The notes under the pieces: model-generated
The model's input: only the letters and a program-made list of their open reading frames with translations
The model's database searches: none
What the model was told of the DNA's origin: nothing
DNA from: Mesorhizobium carmichaelinearum
GTDB taxonomy: Bacteria > Cyanobacteriota > Cyanobacteriia > PCC-6307 > Cyanobiaceae
DNA: 64,000 nt
Assembly (NCBI GenBank): GCA_943368365.1
Contig: CALRKZ020000001.1
Location: forward strand, 29,128-93,127
Direction of reading: 5' to 3'
Shown: positions 39,996-51,027 of the stretch, piece after piece
Position numbering within the stretch: the stretch's first letter is position 1
How the letters are laid out: each line of letters starts with the position of its first letter
Made by a program: the position numbers and the translations under genes

Positions 39996-40385
39996 TAAAC
40001 CATGCCCTCACGAGGCGGCCACGCGGCGAACAGACAGCAGTAGAAGGCAGAACCCCGCTGGGATAACCGCCGCGCTGGCCACAGGCAAGCGATCCGAGGA
40101 CGATCATCGGCGGACAGTCGCGCTCTAAGCCAAGTCTCAGATTCGTCGATTAACGCCTCCATAACCTAGATTTTCACGAACTTCGCTCGAGTTTTTGACT
40201 CATGCCCCTCAGTCATCACTCAGTCACATTCTTGTGACCAGTTGCATTCAGCTGCGTCCAATGAATCCGCACGCCGGATCCACACTGGCTCATTGTTTCC
40301 TAGATGCTGACGAAAAGCCATCATCAACGTGAGCCCAAGTCGAGGTCCAGTTCAAGAACTTTCCCGATCAACACTTCACGAGAGG

Positions 40386-40943
40386 ATGAGACAAGTCATT
40401 TACGTTTGTGGAGCTTCTGGGTCCGGCAAGACAAGTCTTGCTCTTCAGTTTTCAGACGTTGCCTATGTGATTCATACCGATCATTTGGCCTTGGTGGCTG
40501 CCATGCGCCTATGCCCATTCTGCAAGCCAGGCTCAGCGGGCGATTGGGACTTATGGAAAACGCTGTTGACACACACCAGCGCGATTGAAGCCTTGCATGC
40601 CTCCTTCCTTCAGTCCTATCCTGATTGCCTGTCTTCACCAAGACCTGTGATCATTGAAGGCACAATCTTGGTTTGGGATCAATGGAGAGATGCTTTGCGA
40701 ACCGGCCTAATGATGGCGGGCCTCAAGATCATCAAGGAAACCCTCCTATGGCTAGCCCCTCCTCCCGGCAAGGTATACACGAATATACAACAAAGAGGCA
40801 TCAACAACGAACATGCCAAGACATTAGCCCAAGTCGAAGAGTCCTGCCAAGTCTATTCCGCCCTTGCTCACAATCCAAACATTGAGAGGTGCGACAGCTA
40901 TTTTCATGCTGAAGGTAGAATTCAAAGCTTAGTCAACGCCTAA
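40386..40943 (+). CDS. P-loop NTPase / kinase-like protein
   Basis: Walker A motif VCGASGSGKTSL five residues after the ATG at 40386. AT-rich. No closer family recognised. Confidence 0.5.
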   Translation: MRQVIYVCGASGSGKTSLALQFSDVAYVIHTDHLALVAAMRLCPFCKPGSAGDWDLWKTLLTHTSAIEALHASFLQSYPDCLSSPRPVIIEGTILVWDQWRDALRTGLMMAGLKIIKETLLWLAPPPGKVYTNIQQRGINNEHAKTLAQVEESCQVYSALAHNPNIERCDSYFHAEGRIQSLVNA

Positions 40944-41319
40944 GATCACAGCGCCAGCCCGCAAGACGCGAAACGCACTCCAGCACAAGCGCAACAGACG
41001 AAATGATCGTCGTAAATGCTCAATAGAATACCAGGACCGGATTACTCGGTGCTGCATTGCAAGGCTGGACCAAGCCGTCGATCCTGGCCTCTCAGGTCCC
41101 GTGATGAATCGCTCCGCTATTGATTAATGCTGATTCATTGAGAAGGTATCATCAAAGCGGGCACCGCAGCGATGCCGCGCTCTCTACTCAGCTTGAGCTA
41201 TGCAGATTGCGTCTAACCCATAAAGCTCTAAGCCGCGGCTCACCGGATTCAAGAATGGCTCTTTCCGGAATGCAAGTTTCACACCTTACCTTTCATCCGG
41301 GCATGGCCAGTGAGACTGG

Positions 41320-42393
41320 ATGGGAGATCAACATCTGCTGGCCCGCGCCGGCGGAGTTCTTGTCAAACCACGGCCGGGCAGAATTGGCTGGGCATCCTTC
41401 GTCGACAGCAATATGGTCTTTCGGCAGCGGCCGAGATATCTCAAAGCCATGTTCCAGGATCTCTGTCTGCGCAGAATTGGGCCTACGCGTCTGTTGCGAA
41501 CCGGGAAGGGACCGTCCGTGATGCTTGACCCGGGAGGTTCGCCCGTTCTGGCTCATTCTCTTGTCATCGAGCTCAGTCGCAACGCGGAGAAAGCCAAGGC
41601 CCATGTTCGTCAGCTGGCGGACGATGCGCTAAAGGAATCGCCGGAGCCTGAGTTCAGAGTTGAAGGATCTGTCTATTCAGCATGCAATGAAGGGGCAGCC
41701 ACCTGGGGGCATTGGATTGGACATAATCTTCCCCGAGCGATGCTCTTTCTCGAGCACGTTCCTGATGGGCGCATCATTGTGCCTGAAGCTTATATGGCCA
41801 AGGCATCATCATTTCTGGATCTGATGGCTCGAGCAGGCATCGAATCATCCAAGATCGTTGCAGCACCTCACCGCTGCTCCATGCTCCTCGATGACTGCGC
41901 GTTGATTGATCTGCCCTACCACGAAGGGGTTTTCCATCCCATTCTTGCCGAAAAAATACGGCATCTGCAGCCAGCAGCAACCCATGGCAACAATCAACGC
42001 CACTTTGTACCACGAAATTCGTCCGATCGCTCCATCAGCAACGCAGACGACATCGACAGAGTTCATGCTCAGTACAATGTCAGCAAGGCCGCGATTGATG
42101 TGACCAGCCTGGCCAGCCAGGTTGCAGCCTGGTCCAGCTGCAGCACGATGATCGGCATCCTGGGAAGCGATCTGAGCAACATGGCCATCGGCAGACCGGA
42201 GTCAGTCTGCTCGATCACGCCACACTGGTTTGGCGATATCTTCTTCTATGGATTGGCAGCCATTCTTGATGTTGAATGGAATGAATACTATTGCGGCACC
42301 AAGGTTGCGCTTCGGGAGCCTGTTCATCGATCAACGTTCATGGTGAATGCCAATGATTACGGCGCTTTTCTCAAGTGGTGTCTGGGAAATTGA
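41320..42393 (+). CDS. Glycosyltransferase family 61-like (DUF563) protein
   Basis: ATWGHWIGHNLPRAMLF (HW...lpR motif) and RHFVPRNSSDRSISNADDI...LASQVAAWSSCSTMIGILGSDLSNM match the GT61/DUF563 layout. The start is uncertain. Confidence 0.5.
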   Translation: MGDQHLLARAGGVLVKPRPGRIGWASFVDSNMVFRQRPRYLKAMFQDLCLRRIGPTRLLRTGKGPSVMLDPGGSPVLAHSLVIELSRNAEKAKAHVRQLADDALKESPEPEFRVEGSVYSACNEGAATWGHWIGHNLPRAMLFLEHVPDGRIIVPEAYMAKASSFLDLMARAGIESSKIVAAPHRCSMLLDDCALIDLPYHEGVFHPILAEKIRHLQPAATHGNNQRHFVPRNSSDRSISNADDIDRVHAQYNVSKAAIDVTSLASQVAAWSSCSTMIGILGSDLSNMAIGRPESVCSITPHWFGDIFFYGLAAILDVEWNEYYCGTKVALREPVHRSTFMVNANDYGAFLKWCLGN

Positions 42394-42491
42394 TGAGGCG
42401 AGCTGTCTGGGGCGTCACTTCTTCGAGCCCGAGTCGCCTGCCCGCATCTCGCAGCTAAGGTTCGTCCTGCTGGGCGCTGCCAAGGCAGGAC

Positions 42492-45086
42492 GTGTTCTCC
42501 CCTCACCTGCGCAACGAACTCCACAACGCCCTGGACCTCCAGCGCCAGGGACGCCTTGACGCCTGCCTCAACCAACTCAGCGCGATCGCCGAGCATCATC
42601 CAGCTCTGATCGGCATCGCAGTGGCCAGGCTTCAGAGTCTTCGTTCACTCGGTAGGGCCAACGAGGCGGACGCCACCCTCGCCGCGCTCCAGCAGCGCCA
42701 TCCAGGTTCCTTCGAGGTCTCTCTGGTGCTGGCGGATGCCCGCCGAAGGGCCGGGCATTTCACTGAAGCCGCCGCGCTCTGCAGGGGCGTTCTCGAGCAG
42801 GTGCCCGATCACCTGGGTGCCCGCATCGCCCTCGACGCATTGCCGCCGGGTTCGCTTGAAGCCTCTTCGGATCCGCTGGGTCAACTGGATCCGCTGGATG
42901 CACTGATCGAGGCTGGCGAACGGGCCTATGCCAACAACCTGTTCAAGGCTGCCCTGGATCAGTTCCGCCAGGCTGCGGCGATCGCGCCCGATCACCTCGA
43001 TCTCCAGGTGGCCATGGCGCGTTGCTTCCGCCAGTTGTGGGATCTCGAGGCCGCCGCCGCGCTGCTCCATGGCGCGCTGGAGCGCGATGGGTCGTTGTTC
43101 TCGGCCATTCTCGGCATGGCGGAACTCCATGCCTGGAAAGGCGAACACGAGCAGGCCGTTCCCTGGTACCGGAGGGCGCATGAAGCCCAACCCGCCAACC
43201 CGGCGCTGTTCGCGGCTCTGATCGGCACCTTGCGCCAGGCCCAGCGCCATGGGGAGGCCAGCGAGCTGATGGCCGCTCAACTCGAAAAGCATCCAGGCGA
43301 TTCTGGGCTGCTCGCGGCCAAGGTGGAACTCGACAGCGCCTCCGGACGCGATGCCGAGGCCCTGGCAGCCTCGATGCAGCTGATGGGCCTCCCTGAGCCC
43401 ACCATGGCCCAACAACTCCTGCACGCCTCGCTGCTGCAGCGCAATGGCCAGGGTGAAGAAGCGCTGGCCTGGCTGGAGTCCCTGCCCAGCAACGGCGACA
43501 AAACCTGTGAAGCTCGCCTCTGGCAGGCCCGTGGCCAGCTGCACTGGGAAGCCGGCCGCCTCACGGAAGCCGTGGAGGCGCTCCTTCAGGCGGTGAACAG
43601 CAATCCCACGGAGCCGGAGCACGCCGTGGTGCTCGGGAATCTGCTGGCCGATCTGGCGGCACTGGAGGAAGGTCTGGATGTGCTCGCCAACTCCGAGCGG
43701 CTGATCGCCTTGGAGCAGGGATTGAGAACCCAGCCGTGGATCCAGTTCATCAAGGTGCGCTTCTTCCGTGCGGCCGGCGAGATGGAGGCGGCCCTGGCGA
43801 TCGCGGAAGGCCTCTGCAACGACCCCGGCGTGGGGTTTGCCGCCCGCTTGCAACGGTTCGAACTGCTCTGCCTCTCCGCAGATGAACGGGCGGAGCTGGC
43901 ACTCGAAGGCCTTGACCCCATCGAGCCAGCCCAGAAGCGTCTGGCCCTGTTCGCTCGTTGCGACTGGCTTTCGAGCCACTATCGCTTCGATGAAGCACTC
44001 AAGACTCTCCTGCCCCTGCTTGAAGCGGAATCCCTCGATCTGGTGGCCGCCGAACGGGCCTGCCTGCTGCAGACCCTGGTGATGGACATCGAGGCGGCCC
44101 AGGACCTCTTCTTCCAACTCCGCCGCGCCAAGCAATCGAGCGGCAATCCCCGCCTAGCGGAAACTGCATGGCATGGCCTGCACCGCTGCCTGATCGAGGA
44201 GTTCCACACCAATCAGTTCGCCCTTGCGCGGATCCGCGCCCTGGCAGCCGAGCTGCCTGATCAGCGCCTTCGCCGGCTGGCGACGCTGTTGGCCGAGGAA
44301 CCCTCCTGCTCGGCAGCCGCGCTGAGCCTGCTCATCGCCGCGCGGCAAGCCGGCCGGCTGTCGTCGTGGAGCACTGCGCCGGTGGCCGCCGATGGTGGTG
44401 AGCGCATCCCCCATCGCGTCTTCCAGTACTGGGACACCACGACCGTTCCGAACGGCGTGCGCTCCCTGATGCAGAGCTGGCCACAAGCGAACCCCTCCTT
44501 CGAACATCAGGTCCTTGACCGCGCTGCAGCCGCCGCCTTTCTGGCCGAACACACGCCACCGCTGGTGCAGAAGGCTTTCGCCGCGGCGATTAGCCCCGTG
44601 CTGCAGTCCCATCTCTTCCGCTACGCCTGGCTCCTCCACCACGGTGGCCTCTATGCCGACGCCGACACCCGCTGCCGGCAGTCCCTATCGAACCTCATGA
44701 ACCAGGGAGTCAACCTCCTGTTGCACCAGGAGGAGCACGGCGCGATCGGCAACACCCTGATCGCCGCTGTTCCTGGCCATCCCTTCCTGGCGGAAGTCCT
44801 GGAAACGGCCGCACGCCTGGTGCTGGAGGAACAGGCCAGCAACCCCTGGTTTCTGAGCGGATGCGGGGTGCTGACCCAGGTGTTCACCAGGCACTACGGG
44901 CACCTCATCGCTGATCCCCAGGCACTACAGCCTGCAGGGATGCGGCTGCTGACCAGCTACCAGCTCAGCCGTCACGTGAGCCTCCACCTCAAGGCACCGG
45001 TGCGCGTGAGCGAGGCGGGCTGGTCGTCGCCGCTGGGGGCCGAGAAAGCAGCAAAACGGCTGGTTCAGGTGCGGCGCTCGGGCTGA
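42492..45086 (+). CDS. TPR-repeat protein fused to a GT32-type (DXD sugar-binding) glycosyltransferase domain
   Basis: About 600 aa of TPR-like repeats. They are followed by [18 protein letters not shown]...[23 protein letters not shown], which fits the Gly_transf_sug pattern with DAD as the DXD motif. Confidence 0.75.
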   Translation: MFSPHLRNELHNALDLQRQGRLDACLNQLSAIAEHHPALIGIAVARLQSLRSLGRANEADATLAALQQRHPGSFEVSLVLADARRRAGHFTEAAALCRGVLEQVPDHLGARIALDALPPGSLEASSDPLGQLDPLDALIEAGERAYANNLFKAALDQFRQAAAIAPDHLDLQVAMARCFRQLWDLEAAAALLHGALERDGSLFSAILGMAELHAWKGEHEQAVPWYRRAHEAQPANPALFAALIGTLRQAQRHGEASELMAAQLEKHPGDSGLLAAKVELDSASGRDAEALAASMQLMGLPEPTMAQQLLHASLLQRNGQGEEALAWLESLPSNGDKTCEARLWQARGQLHWEAGRLTEAVEALLQAVNSNPTEPEHAVVLGNLLADLAALEEGLDVLANSERLIALEQGLRTQPWIQFIKVRFFRAAGEMEAALAIAEGLCNDPGVGFAARLQRFELLCLSADERAELALEGLDPIEPAQKRLALFARCDWLSSHYRFDEALKTLLPLLEAESLDLVAAERACLLQTLVMDIEAAQDLFFQLRRAKQSSGNPRLAETAWHGLHRCLIEEFHTNQFALARIRALAAELPDQRLRRLATLLAEEPSCSAAALSLLIAARQAGRLSSWSTAPVAADGGERIPHRVFQYWDTTTVPNGVRSLMQSWPQANPSFEHQVLDRAAAAAFLAEHTPPLVQKAFAAAISPVLQSHLFRYAWLLHHGGLYADADTRCRQSLSNLMNQGVNLLLHQEEHGAIGNTLIAAVPGHPFLAEVLETAARLVLEEQASNPWFLSGCGVLTQVFTRHYGHLIADPQALQPAGMRLLTSYQLSRHVSLHLKAPVRVSEAGWSSPLGAEKAAKRLVQVRRSG

Positions 45087-45175
45087 TCACCCCCGGACTC
45101 AGCCGCAACCGGGGTGGGGAGCACCAAGCCCTTCGGCGATTCGTGGTACAAGAGCCGCGCAACCGTTGGTCTCGC

Positions 45176-46084
45176 ATGGTCCCCGACCCCCTCCCGGTGA
45201 ACACACGCCGGGGCATCATCCTGGCCGGGGGTTCGGGCACGCGGCTGCATCCGATCACCCAGGCGGTGAGCAAGCAGCTGCTGCCCGTCTACGACAAGCC
45301 GATGATCTACTACCCGCTCAGCACCCTGATGCTGGCGGGCCTGCGCGAGATCCTGGTGATCTCCACCCCCCGCGACCTGCCCCAGTTCCAGGCCCTGCTC
45401 GGCGACGGTTCCGCCTGGGGGATCTCCCTGGCCTACGCCGAGCAGCCCAGCCCCGATGGCCTCGCCCAGGCCTTCCTGATCGGCGCCGAGTTCCTCGCCG
45501 GTCGCCCCGCCGCCCTGATCCTCGGCGACAACCTCTTCTACGGCGGCGATCTCTCGCGCAACCTCCAGGCCGCCAATGCCCAGGCCACGGGCGCCTCGGT
45601 GTTCGCCTACCGGGTGGCCGATCCCCAGCGCTACGGCGTGGTGGGCTTCGATGAGCAGCGGCGGGTGGTGTCGCTGGAGGAGAAGCCCGAGCGGCCCGCC
45701 TCCAACTACGCCGTGACCGGCCTCTACTTCTACGACGCCGATGTGGTGGAGCTGGCCCGGCAGGTGAAGCCCTCCGCCCGCGGCGAACTGGAGATCACCA
45801 CCCTCAACCAGCTCTACCTGGATCGCGACGACCTGCGCGTGGAGCTGCTCGGCCGCGGCATGGCCTGGCTTGACACCGGCACCTGCGACTCCCTGCACGA
45901 GGCCGGCAGCTACATCCGCACCCTCGAGCACCGCCAGGGCCTCAAGATCGGCTGCCCCGAGGAGGTGGCCTGGCGCCAGGGTTGGATCACCGATGCCCAC
46001 CTCGAGGTCCTGGCCGCACCGCTGCGCAAGTCGGGCTATGGGGCCTACCTGGAGAACCTGCTGCAGGAGGGCCGCACCCCATGA
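45176..46084 (+). CDS. rfbA: Glucose-1-phosphate thymidylyltransferase
   Basis: [53 protein letters not shown] is a near-canonical RmlA N-terminus. Confidence 0.93.
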   Translation: MVPDPLPVNTRRGIILAGGSGTRLHPITQAVSKQLLPVYDKPMIYYPLSTLMLAGLREILVISTPRDLPQFQALLGDGSAWGISLAYAEQPSPDGLAQAFLIGAEFLAGRPAALILGDNLFYGGDLSRNLQAANAQATGASVFAYRVADPQRYGVVGFDEQRRVVSLEEKPERPASNYAVTGLYFYDADVVELARQVKPSARGELEITTLNQLYLDRDDLRVELLGRGMAWLDTGTCDSLHEAGSYIRTLEHRQGLKIGCPEEVAWRQGWITDAHLEVLAAPLRKSGYGAYLENLLQEGRTP

Positions 46085-47040
46085 CCCTGCCTTCCGCCCC
46101 CCTGCTCGTGATCGGATCCCAGGGCCAGGTGGCCCGGGCCCTGCAGCGACTGGCTCCCCACCGGCTACCCGGCCGGCCGCTGATCGCCGTGGGCCGGCCC
46201 GCGCTCGATCTGGCCGCCACCCCCGCCACACTCGAGCCGCAGATCGAGGCCCTGCTCCACGAGCACGAGCCCGCCCTGGTGCTCAACGCCGCCGCCTACA
46301 CCGCCGTCGACCGGGCCGAAAGCGAGCCGGAGCTGGCCCAGGCCGTGAACGGCACCGCCGTGGGCGTGCTGGCCCGCTGCTGCGCACACCGCCAGCTGCC
46401 CCTCTTCCACCTCTCCACCGACTACGTCTTCGACGGCGGCGGCGAGCAGCCCTGGCGCGAAACCGATCCCACCGGCCCGCTGGGGGTGTACGGCGCCAGC
46501 AAGCTGGCTGGCGAGCACGCCCTTGGCGAGGCGGGCGGCCCCCATCTGCTGCTGCGGGTGAGCTGGGTGTTCGGCCAGGAGGGCGCCAACTTCGTGCGCA
46601 CCATGCTGCGGCTGGGCGCGCAGCGGCCGGCCCTCTCGATCGTGGCCGATCAGATCGGCGGCCCCACCAGCGCCGAAGCGATCGCCGCCACCTGGCTGGC
46701 CCTGGCCGAGGCGGCGGTCACCGATCGCTCCCCGCTCGACCCCAAGGCCCCCTTCCCCTGGGGCACCTATCACTTCGCCGGCACTCCCGCCGTGAGCTGG
46801 TTCGCCTTCGCCACGGCGATCTTCGAAGACGCCGTGGCCCTGGGCCTGATCGAGCAGGCCCCCACCCTCACCCCCATCCCCACCAGCGCCTATCCCACCC
46901 CGGCGGCCCGCCCCGCCAATTCCCGCCTCGACGGCACCCGCTTCCAGCAGGCCTTCGGCCTGCCCCTGCCCGACTGGCGCAGCGACTTGCACACCTGCCT
47001 CCAGTCCTGGTCCACCACCCCCACCAACCCCGCCGCCTGA
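46081..47040 (+). CDS. rfbD: dTDP-4-dehydrorhamnose reductase
   Basis: [11 protein letters not shown]...[13 protein letters not shown] are RmlD catalytic-region motifs. ATGA overlap with rfbA. Confidence 0.88.
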   Translation: MTLPSAPLLVIGSQGQVARALQRLAPHRLPGRPLIAVGRPALDLAATPATLEPQIEALLHEHEPALVLNAAAYTAVDRAESEPELAQAVNGTAVGVLARCCAHRQLPLFHLSTDYVFDGGGEQPWRETDPTGPLGVYGASKLAGEHALGEAGGPHLLLRVSWVFGQEGANFVRTMLRLGAQRPALSIVADQIGGPTSAEAIAATWLALAEAAVTDRSPLDPKAPFPWGTYHFAGTPAVSWFAFATAIFEDAVALGLIEQAPTLTPIPTSAYPTPAARPANSRLDGTRFQQAFGLPLPDWRSDLHTCLQSWSTTPTNPAA

Positions 47041-48122
47041 TGTCCGCCCCCACCCGCCATCTGCTGATCACCGGCGGTGCCGGCTTCATCGCCGGCAACC
47101 TGGTGCACCACTGGGCCGCCACCCACCCCGGCGATCGGATCGTGGTGCTCGATGCCCTCACCTACGCCGGCAACCGGGCCACCATCGCGCCGTTGATCGA
47201 GGCCGGCCGCATCCACTTCGTGCACGGCGACATCGGCGATCGGCCCCTGGTGGATGCCCTGCTGGCCGAGCACGCCATCACCCACGTGGCCCATCTGGCG
47301 GCCGAATCCCACGTGGATCGCTCGATCACCGGCCCCGGCGCCTTCCTCGCCACCAACGTGAACGGCAGCTTCACCCTGCTGGAGGCCTTCCGTGCCCACT
47401 GGCTCGCCGCCGGCTCCCCCGACGCCTGGCGCTTCCTGCACGTGAGCACCGACGAGGTGTTCGGCAGCCTCGAACCGAACGATCCGCCCTTCTGCGAAAC
47501 CACCCCCTACAGCCCCCGCTCCCCCTACGCCGCCAGCAAGGCCTCCAGCGATCACCTGGCCCGCGCCTGGCAGCACACCTACGGCCTGCCGGTGCTGGTG
47601 AGCAACTGCTCCAACAACTACGGGCCCTATCACTTCCCCGAGAAGCTGATCCCGCTCACGCTGATCAACATCCTGCTGGGCCGGCCCATCCCCGTGTACG
47701 GCGACGGCTCCAACGTGCGCGACTGGCTCTACGTGGAGGATCACTGCCGGGCGCTGGAGCGCATCCTGCTGGCCGGCGACGTGGGCCGCACCTACTGCAT
47801 CGGCGGCTGCAACGAGGTGGCCAACCTCGATCTGGTGCACCTGCTCTGCGATCTGATGGACGAACTGGCGCCCGAGCTGCCGGTGCGGCCCAGCCGGGAG
47901 CTGATCCGCTTCGTGGCCGACCGCCCCGGCCACGACCGCCGCTACGCCATCGACGCCGGCCGCATCCGCACCGAACTTGGCTGGGAGCCCCAGGTGACCG
48001 TGCAGGAAGGCCTGCGCCGCACCGTGCAGTGGTATCTCGCCAACCGCGCCTGGTGGGAGCCGCTGCTCTCAGCCGAATACGCCAGCTATCTCGAAACCCA
48101 GTACGCCGCCCGCCTCGCCTGA
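47040..48122 (+). CDS. rfbB: dTDP-glucose 4,6-dehydratase
   Basis: LLITGGAGFIAGN, HVSTDEVFG, PYAASKASSDHL and NCSNNYGPYHFPEKLIP. The start shares one base with the rfbD stop. Confidence 0.93.
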   Translation: MSAPTRHLLITGGAGFIAGNLVHHWAATHPGDRIVVLDALTYAGNRATIAPLIEAGRIHFVHGDIGDRPLVDALLAEHAITHVAHLAAESHVDRSITGPGAFLATNVNGSFTLLEAFRAHWLAAGSPDAWRFLHVSTDEVFGSLEPNDPPFCETTPYSPRSPYAASKASSDHLARAWQHTYGLPVLVSNCSNNYGPYHFPEKLIPLTLINILLGRPIPVYGDGSNVRDWLYVEDHCRALERILLAGDVGRTYCIGGCNEVANLDLVHLLCDLMDELAPELPVRPSRELIRFVADRPGHDRRYAIDAGRIRTELGWEPQVTVQEGLRRTVQWYLANRAWWEPLLSAEYASYLETQYAARLA

Positions 48123-48123
48123 G

Positions 48124-48693
48124 ATGCAGATCGTTCCCCAGTCCATTCCCGAGGTGCTGCTGCTGCAGCCGAAGGTGTTCGGCGACGCCCGCGGCTTCTT
48201 CGTGGAAACCGCGCGCCAGAGCGTGCTGGAGGAGGCCGGTATCCCGCCGCTGGTGCAGCACAACCAGAGCCGCTCCGGCCAGGGGGTGCTGCGCGGCCTC
48301 CACTACCAGCTGGTGCAGCCCCAGGGCAAACTGGTGCGCTGCTCCAGGGGCAGCGTCTTCGATGTGGCCGTGGATGTGCGCCGCGGCTCAGCCACGTTCG
48401 GCCAGTGGGTGGGCGCCATCCTCGATGACGTGAACCACCACCAGCTCTGGGTGCCACCGGGCTTTGCCCACGGCTTCCTGGTGCTCTCGGAAACGGCCGA
48501 CTTCTGCTACCTCTGCTCGAACTACTACCACCCCCCCTCCGAGCAGGGGATCGCCTGGGATGATCCCGAGCTGGGGATCCAGTGGCCCCCCCTGCCGGAG
48601 GGGGTGACGCCCCAGCTCTCCACCAAGGACCTGGCCAACCCCACCCTTGCCAACCAGGAACCTCAGCGGCTGCCGACCATCTCAGCCTCCTGA
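48124..48693 (+). CDS. rfbC: dTDP-4-dehydrorhamnose 3,5-epimerase
   Basis: VFGDARGFFVE, VLRGLHYQ, KLVRCSRGSVFDVAVDVRRGSATFGQW and PPGFAHGF. Confidence 0.93.
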   Translation: MQIVPQSIPEVLLLQPKVFGDARGFFVETARQSVLEEAGIPPLVQHNQSRSGQGVLRGLHYQLVQPQGKLVRCSRGSVFDVAVDVRRGSATFGQWVGAILDDVNHHQLWVPPGFAHGFLVLSETADFCYLCSNYYHPPSEQGIAWDDPELGIQWPPLPEGVTPQLSTKDLANPTLANQEPQRLPTISAS

Positions 48694-49625
48694 ACGGCCG
48701 CCCTGCGCATGAGCGCTTCGAGGGCCGTGCGCAGGGGAGAAGGCAGCTGGCGACGGAATTTGATCCTCGGCAGCGCCATCTCGGCCATCACCGGCTCGCT
48801 GCCGTATAGCTGGAGATAATCGGCATGGTTGTCCCATACCTGCCTGGGCACGTTGTCGACGAACGATTCAACCGGCAGCCCCTCAGCCCAAAGGATCGTG
48901 TGGGAGTTCAGTTCGATGTTGTAGTAAACCAGGCACGGTTGATCGATCCACTCTTCGAGTTTGGTGTAGGTGATCGTGCGTCCATTCACCAGCGCCGAGG
49001 CCTGCACCAGATGCCCCTCGAACAGCACGGCATGGTCGGGGCTGAGCATCAGATCACGTTCGGGCAAACGCTGGCCAAGGGCACCGGCCGTGATCCGGAT
49101 CGGCAGCCCACCAGACCAGCTCAGCGGCATGGGGTGGTGCCGGGTGATTGACACGAACCGCACGCTCTCGATCCCATTGGCCGTGATCACCCGTTCACCA
49201 GGCTTGAGGGATTCGATCGGGCGTGGCCCTTCAGGGGTGGCGATCAGAGTTCCCGCCAGCATGCAGATGGTGAGATCTTGCTCCAGGAGTCGGCCTAAAA
49301 CAGTATCTTTCTTAAACTCTGTATTGCTAGCAAGAAAGAACTTATCATCTATCTCAAGAACAATCGCACCACTAGAAGGGAAGAATCCCACATATTCCAG
49401 TTTCGATTTGTCATCGAGATCAAATGGCAAGTCATCATCATCATTCAACTTCGGAAGTGAAATCCTAACATCTTCATCGACTGTAAATATTTTGTCTTCT
49501 CCCTTTTTCCTTTCCGTAATACGAACTGATTCGGATTTTGTAATGTCTTGACTGGCGACTTGGTAAACCTCTGATTTGGGATCATACTTCAACAGATAGA
49601 AATAGTCGTAAGTAGCGGTGGCCAT
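48663..49625 (-). CDS. Hint_2 / bacterial intein-like domain protein, copy A (intact)
   Basis: A 120 aa AT-rich N-terminal module comes first. It is followed by CMLAGTLIATPEGPRPIESLKPGERV..., AGALGQRLPERDLMLSPDHAVLF and HTILWAEGLPVESF. The 3' end overlaps rfbC by 31 nt. Confidence 0.8.
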   Translation of the reverse strand: MATATYDYFYLLKYDPKSEVYQVASQDITKSESVRITERKKGEDKIFTVDEDVRISLPKLNDDDDLPFDLDDKSKLEYVGFFPSSGAIVLEIDDKFFLASNTEFKKDTVLGRLLEQDLTICMLAGTLIATPEGPRPIESLKPGERVITANGIESVRFVSITRHHPMPLSWSGGLPIRITAGALGQRLPERDLMLSPDHAVLFEGHLVQASALVNGRTITYTKLEEWIDQPCLVYYNIELNSHTILWAEGLPVESFVDNVPRQVWDNHADYLQLYGSEPVMAEMALPRIKFRRQLPSPLRTALEALMRRAAVQEAEMVGSR

Positions 49626-49760
49626 GGCCTAGGTCGACTCGAGAGGAGTGCAACCTTTCTAAACAAGGTGAAGAGCGGCGCACCTAGGGATAAGGATGAG
49701 ATCCCTGAGCAGGTCATAGGAATCACTCGTTTACACCATAAGCAAGTTTTCACGATATTA

Positions 49761-49800
49761 AAAGACACAAGAAAGCCCAGACCCTCGTAAAGAGTCTGGG
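49761..49800 (-). terminator. Rho-independent terminator-like hairpin after Hint copy B
   Basis: The minus strand reads cccagac-tctttacgagg-gtctggg followed by ctttcttgtgtctttt. It lies 30 nt downstream of the stop at 49830. Confidence 0.45.
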
Positions 49801-49829
49801 AGTTCAATCGGAGCAAGGTGATCACTTCA

Positions 49830-50746
49830 TCACCTGAGCGCCAGCTCACGCTCACGGCTGGTCTGCTGAGGGATCTGAAGAACCAGCCGAAGAGCGGCAG
49901 GCAACTGCCGGCTGAACTTGATGCGAGGGAGGGCAAGATCCTGGATCGGTAGATGAGCACCGCAAAGGGAAAGATACTCCTCGTAGTTGTCCCAAGTGGA
50001 TCGGGGCACATTGTCGGCAAACGTCTCAACCTCAAGCCCCTCGGCCTTGATGATGGAATGCGCCTCCAACTCGATGTTGTAATTCACGATCCTCTGATCC
50101 TTGGGCTACTCTTCGAGCTGAGATCGCTGGATGGTGGATCCGTTGATCAGCGTAGAAGCATGGACGAGATGACCATCGATCACGATGGCATGGTCACCGG
50201 AAACGAGGAGATCGCGCTCAGGCCCAGCGGCGCCCAGGGCACCACCGAAATCCGAACGGGCAGGCGATCCCCCAGGGCCAGCATGAAGGGGAGGTGAACG
50301 GTCTGGCTGACGAAGTGCACCGGCAGGGCCCCGGCCTGGGTGATCACTAGATCCCCCACAGCCAGAGTTTCGTCGGGCCGTGAGCCCTCGGGAGTGGCAA
50401 TCCGTGTGCCAGCAAGGAAACAAACTTCGATATGAGTTCTGCTGGTTGTTCCCGATAGGTCATTTTGGAGAGTTGTATCATCGGATAGCAGGTAGTAGGT
50501 GCCAGGAGGACACTCAACAACAATCCCTTGAGCACTGGCACCGTCATACTGAATGGCGCCGGAAAGTTGCCCGGTTACCGTAAGAGACTCTCCTGGAGTT
50601 GCTATTTCGGGAGAGCTGACATCCCCCGATTCGATGATGGTGGTAGGTTTGTCGCGATTAGCCCTGTCAAAGACCTGCCAAGTGTTAGTAGAGGTGTTGC
50701 AAGTTATATCGTTAGTTCCGCCGTAGGCATCCGAAAGGGCGGCCAT
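49830..50746 (-). pseudogene. Hint_2 domain gene, copy B (one frameshift, one in-frame TAG)
   Basis: The N-terminal module plus EVCFLAGTRIATPEG is in one frame. GALGAAGPERDLLVSGDHAIVIDGHLVHAS is in another, with the shift near 50247..50251. TAG at 50106..50108 sits where copy D has Trp. Downstream comes NYNIELEAHSIIKAEGLEVETF. Confidence 0.75.
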
Positions 50747-51027
50747 GAGAAGGATGGGCGCTTGTGGATGAGGAAGCATGAGGAAATTATAAGTAATGAT
50801 TGAGCAATCACTCGAAAACCGAATTCGGGGCTAGCTGAATCGAGAAAGATGACAAAATGCCGACGCTAAAATCCGTTCTCTCAGCTCTTTTGTTCATGAG
50901 GATGAAAGCAAGTTGACTGGAAAGCAGGCGTCGCCAAACTTCCCTGCGACTGCAAGGCGAGGTCAGCTGGGTCTCTGCACCCAGCAAGGAAAACCTCACC
51001 TTGTGGCTGGCCTGCCTCACTCATCCA

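Noticed and set aside
49589-50035. 148 aa minus-strand ORF, and plus-strand ORFs 48825..49151, 48970..49551 and 49953..50297
   Set aside because: They overlap or are antisense to the Hint genes and the intergenic terminator region. No motifs. The composition is consistent with chance frames.
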